DNA of 64,000 bases from Eledone cirrhosa. Lineage: Eukaryota. The notes below the pieces were generated by a model. It did no database searches. It was not told the origin of the DNA and saw nothing but the letters and a program-made list of their open reading frames with translations. Of this stretch, positions 61,201 through 64,000 are shown piece by piece. Numbering within the stretch: position 1 is the first letter of the stretch; each line of letters starts with the position of its first letter. Location of the stretch: assembly GCA_964016885.1 (NCBI GenBank), contig OZ024740.1, positions 106,268,001 to 106,332,000 of the forward strand, given 5' to 3'. Made by a program: the position numbers and the translations under genes.

Positions 61201-64000
61201 TGGTAGGTAGTTTAACATACCTTGAACAGTTGTGTTACTTTACCTTGTCAGGTGTTAATTACATTGATGATGGTAGGTAGTTTAACATACCTGGAACAGT
61301 TGTGTTACTTTATCTTGTCAGGTGTTAATTACATTGATGATGGTAGGTAGTATAACATACCTGGAACAGTTGTGTTACTTTACCTTGTCAGGTGTTAATT
61401 ACATTGATGATGGTAGGTAGTATAACATACCTGGAACAGTTGTGTTACTTTACCTGTATCAGGTGTTAATTACATTGATGATGGTAGGTAGTATAACATA
61501 CCTGGAACAGTTGTGTTACTTTACCTTGTCAGGTGTTAATTACATTGATGATGGTAGGTAGTATAACATACCTGGAACAGTTGTGTTACTTTACCTTGTC
61601 AGGTGTTAATTACATTGATGATGGTAGGTAGTATAACATACCTGGAACAGTTGTGTTACTTTACCTGTATCAGGTGTTAATTACATTGATGATGGTAGGT
61701 AGTTTAACATACCTGGAACAGTTGTGTTACTTTACCTGTATCAGGTGTTAATTACATTGATGATGGTAGGTAGTATAACATACCTGGAACAGTTGTGTTA
61801 CTTTACCTCGCCAGGTGTTAATTACATTGATGATGGTAGGTAGTTTAACATACCTGGAACAGTTGTGTTACTTTACCTTGTCAGGTGTTAATTGCATTGA
61901 TGATGGTAGGTAGTATAACATACCTGGAATAGTTGTGTTACTTTACCTCGTCAGGCGTTAATTACATTGATGATGGTAGGTAGTTTAACATACCTGGAAC
62001 AGTTGTGTTACTTTACCTTGTCAGGTGTTAATTACATTTATGATGGTAGGTAGTTTAACATACCTGGAATAGTTGTGTTACTTTACCTCGTCAGGCGTTA
62101 ATTACATTGATGATGGTAGGTAGTTTAACATACCTGGAACAGTTGTGTTACTTTACCTGTATCAGGTGTTAATTACATTGATGATGGTAGGTAGTTTAAC
62201 ATACCTGGAACAGTTGTGTTACTTTACCTTGTCAGGTGTTAATTACATTTATGATGGTAGGTAGTTTAACATACCTGGAATAGTTGTGTTACTTTACCTC
62301 GTCAGGCGTTAATTACATTGATGATGGTAGGTAGTTTAACATACCTGGAACAGTTGTGTTACTTTACCTGTATCAGGTGTTAATTACATTGATGATGGTA
62401 GGTAGTTTAACATACCTGGAACAGTTGTGTTACTTTACCTCGCCAGGTGTTAATTACATTGATGATGGTAGGTAGTATAACATACCTGGAACAGTTGTGT
62501 TACTTTACATGTATCAGGTGTTAATTACATTGATGATGGTAGGTAGTTTAACATACCTGGAACAGTTGTGTTACTTTACCTGTATCAGGTGTTAATTACA
62601 TTGATGATGGTAGGTAGTTTAACATACCTGGAACAGTTGTGTTACTTTATATGTATCAGGTGTTAATTACATTGATGATGGTAGGTAGTATAACATACCT
62701 GGAACAGTTGTGTTACTTTACCTTGTCAGGTGTTAATTACATTGATGATGGTAGGTAGTTTAACATACCTGGAACAGTTGTGTTACTTTACCTGTATCAG
62801 GTGTTAATTACATTGATGATGGTAGGTAGTTTAACATACCTTGAACAGTTGTGTTACTTTACCTTGTCAGGTGTTAATTACATTGATGATGGTAGGTAGT
62901 TTAACATACCTGGAACAGTTGTGTTACTTTACCTTGTCAGGTGTTAATTACATTGATGATGGTAGGTAGTTTAACATACCTGGAACAGTTGTGTTACTTT
63001 ACCTGTATCAGGTGTTAATTACATTGATGATGGTAGGTAGTTTAACATACCTTGAACAGTTGTGTTACTTTACCTTGTCAGGTGTTAATTACATTGATGA
63101 TGGTAGGTAGTTTAACATACCTGGAACAGTTGTGTTACTTTATCTTGTCAGGTGTTAATTACATTGATTATGGTAGGTAGTATAACATACCTGGAACAGT
63201 TGTGTTACTTTATCTTGTCAGGTGTTAATTACATTGATGATGGTAGGTAGTATAACATACCTGGAACAGTTGTGTTACTTTACCTTGTCAGGTGTTAATT
63301 ACATTGATGATGGTAGGTAGTTTAACATACCTTGAACAGTTGTGTTATTTTACCTTGTCAGGTGTTAATTACATTGATGATGGTAGGTAGTTTAACATAC
63401 CTGGAACAGTTGTGTTACTTTACCTTGTCAGGTTTTAATTACATTGATGATGGTAGGTAGTTTAACATAACTGGAACAGTTGTGTTACTTTACCTGTATC
63501 AGGTGTTAATTACATTGATGATGGTAGGTAGTTTAACATACCTTGAACAGTTGTGTTACTTTACCTTGTCAGGTGTTAATTACATTGATGATGGTAGGTA
63601 GTTTAACATACCTGGAACAGTTGTGTTACTTTATCTTGTCAGGTGTTAATTACATTGATGATGGTAGGTAGTATAACATACCTGGAACAGTTGTGTTACT
63701 TTACCTTGTCAGGTGTTAATTACATTGATGATGGTAGGTAGTATAACATACCTGGAACAGTTGTGTTACTTTACCTGTATCAGGTGTTAATTACATTGAT
63801 GATGGTAGGTAGTATAACATACCTGGAACAGTTGTGTTACTTTACCTTGTCAGGTGTTAATTACATTGATGATGGTAGGTAGTATAACATACCTGGAACA
63901 GTTGTGTTACTTTACCTTGTCAGGTGTTAATTACATTGATGATGGTAGGTAGTATAACATACCTGGAACAGTTGTGTTACTTTACCTGTATCAGGTGTTA
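40221..64000. repeat. Satellite array with a 70/71-bp monomer, about 340 copies, running off the window end
   Basis: Consensus CAGGTGTTAATTACATTGATGATGGTAGGTAGT(T/A)TAACATACCTGGAACAGTTGTGTTACTTTACCT(TGT/CGT/CGC/GTAT). The first two units are the most diverged. Confidence 0.99.

Noticed and set aside
40221-64000. CRISPR array
   Set aside because: There are no unique spacers; whole monomers repeat. The context is eukaryotic and has no cas genes.
40221-64000. Tandem C/D-box snoRNA array (TGATGA in each unit)
   Set aside because: The consensus has no same-strand D box (CTGA) and no terminal stem.

Overview
Eukaryotic, AT-rich, repeat-dominated genomic DNA with no confidently identifiable host gene. 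The SINE, LINE and microsatellite style suggests a mollusc, most likely an octopus (inference). Positions 1-37.3 kb hold a decayed L1/Tx1-clade LINE (+), a nearly full-length RTE-clade LINE (-) ending in three C2H2 zinc fingers, smaller LINE remnants, more than 12 tRNA-derived SINE copies, two Tc1/mariner-type MITEs and many (TA)n/(TG)n tracts. Several non-coding islands between the microsatellites show direct or inverted terminal redundancy and carry type I hammerhead ribozyme motifs: one intact at 17311-17390, degenerate ones at about 6434, 16334, 21496 and 26127, and fold-back half-copies at about 8005 and 32175. This is the signature of Penelope-like or retrozyme-like elements. Positions 37.3-40.1 kb are cryptic trinucleotide and 13-mer simple repeats. 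From 40.2 kb to the window end is a 70/71-bp satellite of about 340 copies with higher-order structure. Its monomer parses, speculatively, as a 21-nt in-frame microexon (GVNYIDD) plus a 49/50-nt GT-AG intron that holds all the indels I saw.
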